From Puniceicoccaceae bacterium (GTDB taxonomy: Bacteria; Verrucomicrobiota; Verrucomicrobiia; Opitutales; Oceanipulchritudinaceae): a stretch of DNA of 64,000 nt. The stretch is from positions 64,001 to 128,000 of the forward strand of contig JBFOMH010000017.1 in NCBI GenBank assembly GCA_040830765.1, read 5' to 3'. Below, piece by piece: positions 63,728 to 64,000 of this stretch (position 1 is its first letter; each line of letters opens with the position of its first letter). Made by a program: the position numbers and the translations under genes. Under the pieces are notes generated by a model. That model saw only the letters and a program-made list of their open reading frames with translations. It had not been told where the DNA came from and ran no database searches.

Positions 63728-64000
63728 TCAGGGGTTGGTGACTTTCGGCTTGGGACGGTAAAGGGATGCCGTGTGGCCGACTTCGCCACAGATAGTGGAG
63801 CGGGTCAGTTCGGCGGCCTCGGCCAGCCATGCTTTACGGGTGACCTTGTCCTTGACCTCGAGACGGACCTTAATCAATCCATCCCGCGCCAGGGCCGTGT
63901 TTAGCGCATCGACAACGGTCTTGCTGACGCCGGCCTTCCCGATAAGGACGGCGGGCTTAAGGTTCATGGCCTGGCCGCGCAGTTTCTTGCGTTCGGCTGA
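63728..64000 (-). CDS. yhbY: YhbY/CRM RNA-binding protein (5' end outside window)
   Basis: SAERKKLRGQAMNLKPAVLIGKAG...LIKVR...VGH...LYR. Confidence 0.85.
   Translation of the reverse strand, partial: SAERKKLRGQAMNLKPAVLIGKAGVSKTVVDALNTALARDGLIKVRLEVKDKVTRKAWLAEAAELTRSTICGEVGHTASLYRPKPKVTNP

Overview
Bacterial chromosome segment, probably from a marine Verrucomicrobiota lineage (Opitutales/Puniceicoccaceae-like). This assignment is inferred from lineage-typical protein modules and was not checked against a database. The left 29 kb looks like a stack of integrated elements at a tRNA-Ser locus whose intact gene would lie left of the window. Positions 1-5709 are the end of a siphophage/GTA-type tail operon: tape-measure C-terminus, Dit+DUF2163 hub fusion, NlpC/P60, a central tail protein split into two ORFs, and a holin-like gene. 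Two convergent accessory genes follow, then an AT-richer FadR/GntR-controlled catabolic cluster (two SSS symporters, class III aminotransferase, an amidohydrolase pair, TonB-dependent receptor, secreted alpha/alpha-barrel protein, gdhA) and decaying cargo. A tRNA-Ser 3' fragment lies at 24161-24181 and a second, more degenerate one at 28814-28837. Fused to the first fragment is a pair of covarying mini-hairpins, one of which uses the tRNA GCCA end as its stem. It is followed by a stand-alone GIY-YIG nuclease and a transposase remnant whose downstream 57 bp recur at 8374. The rest is GC-richer and core-like. It holds a tail-collar/GNAT/DUF6916/propeller module, a HAD/DHS-like/PfkB operon, a second TonB receptor, a two-component system with a DUF1566-sulfatase fusion, an octaheme cytochrome with an extra Trp-rich C-terminal module, ald, frameshifted prfB, an ATP-grasp-like gene, an EVE protein and partial yhbY. 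No CRISPR array, rRNA or complete tRNA was seen. All product calls come from motif recognition by eye.
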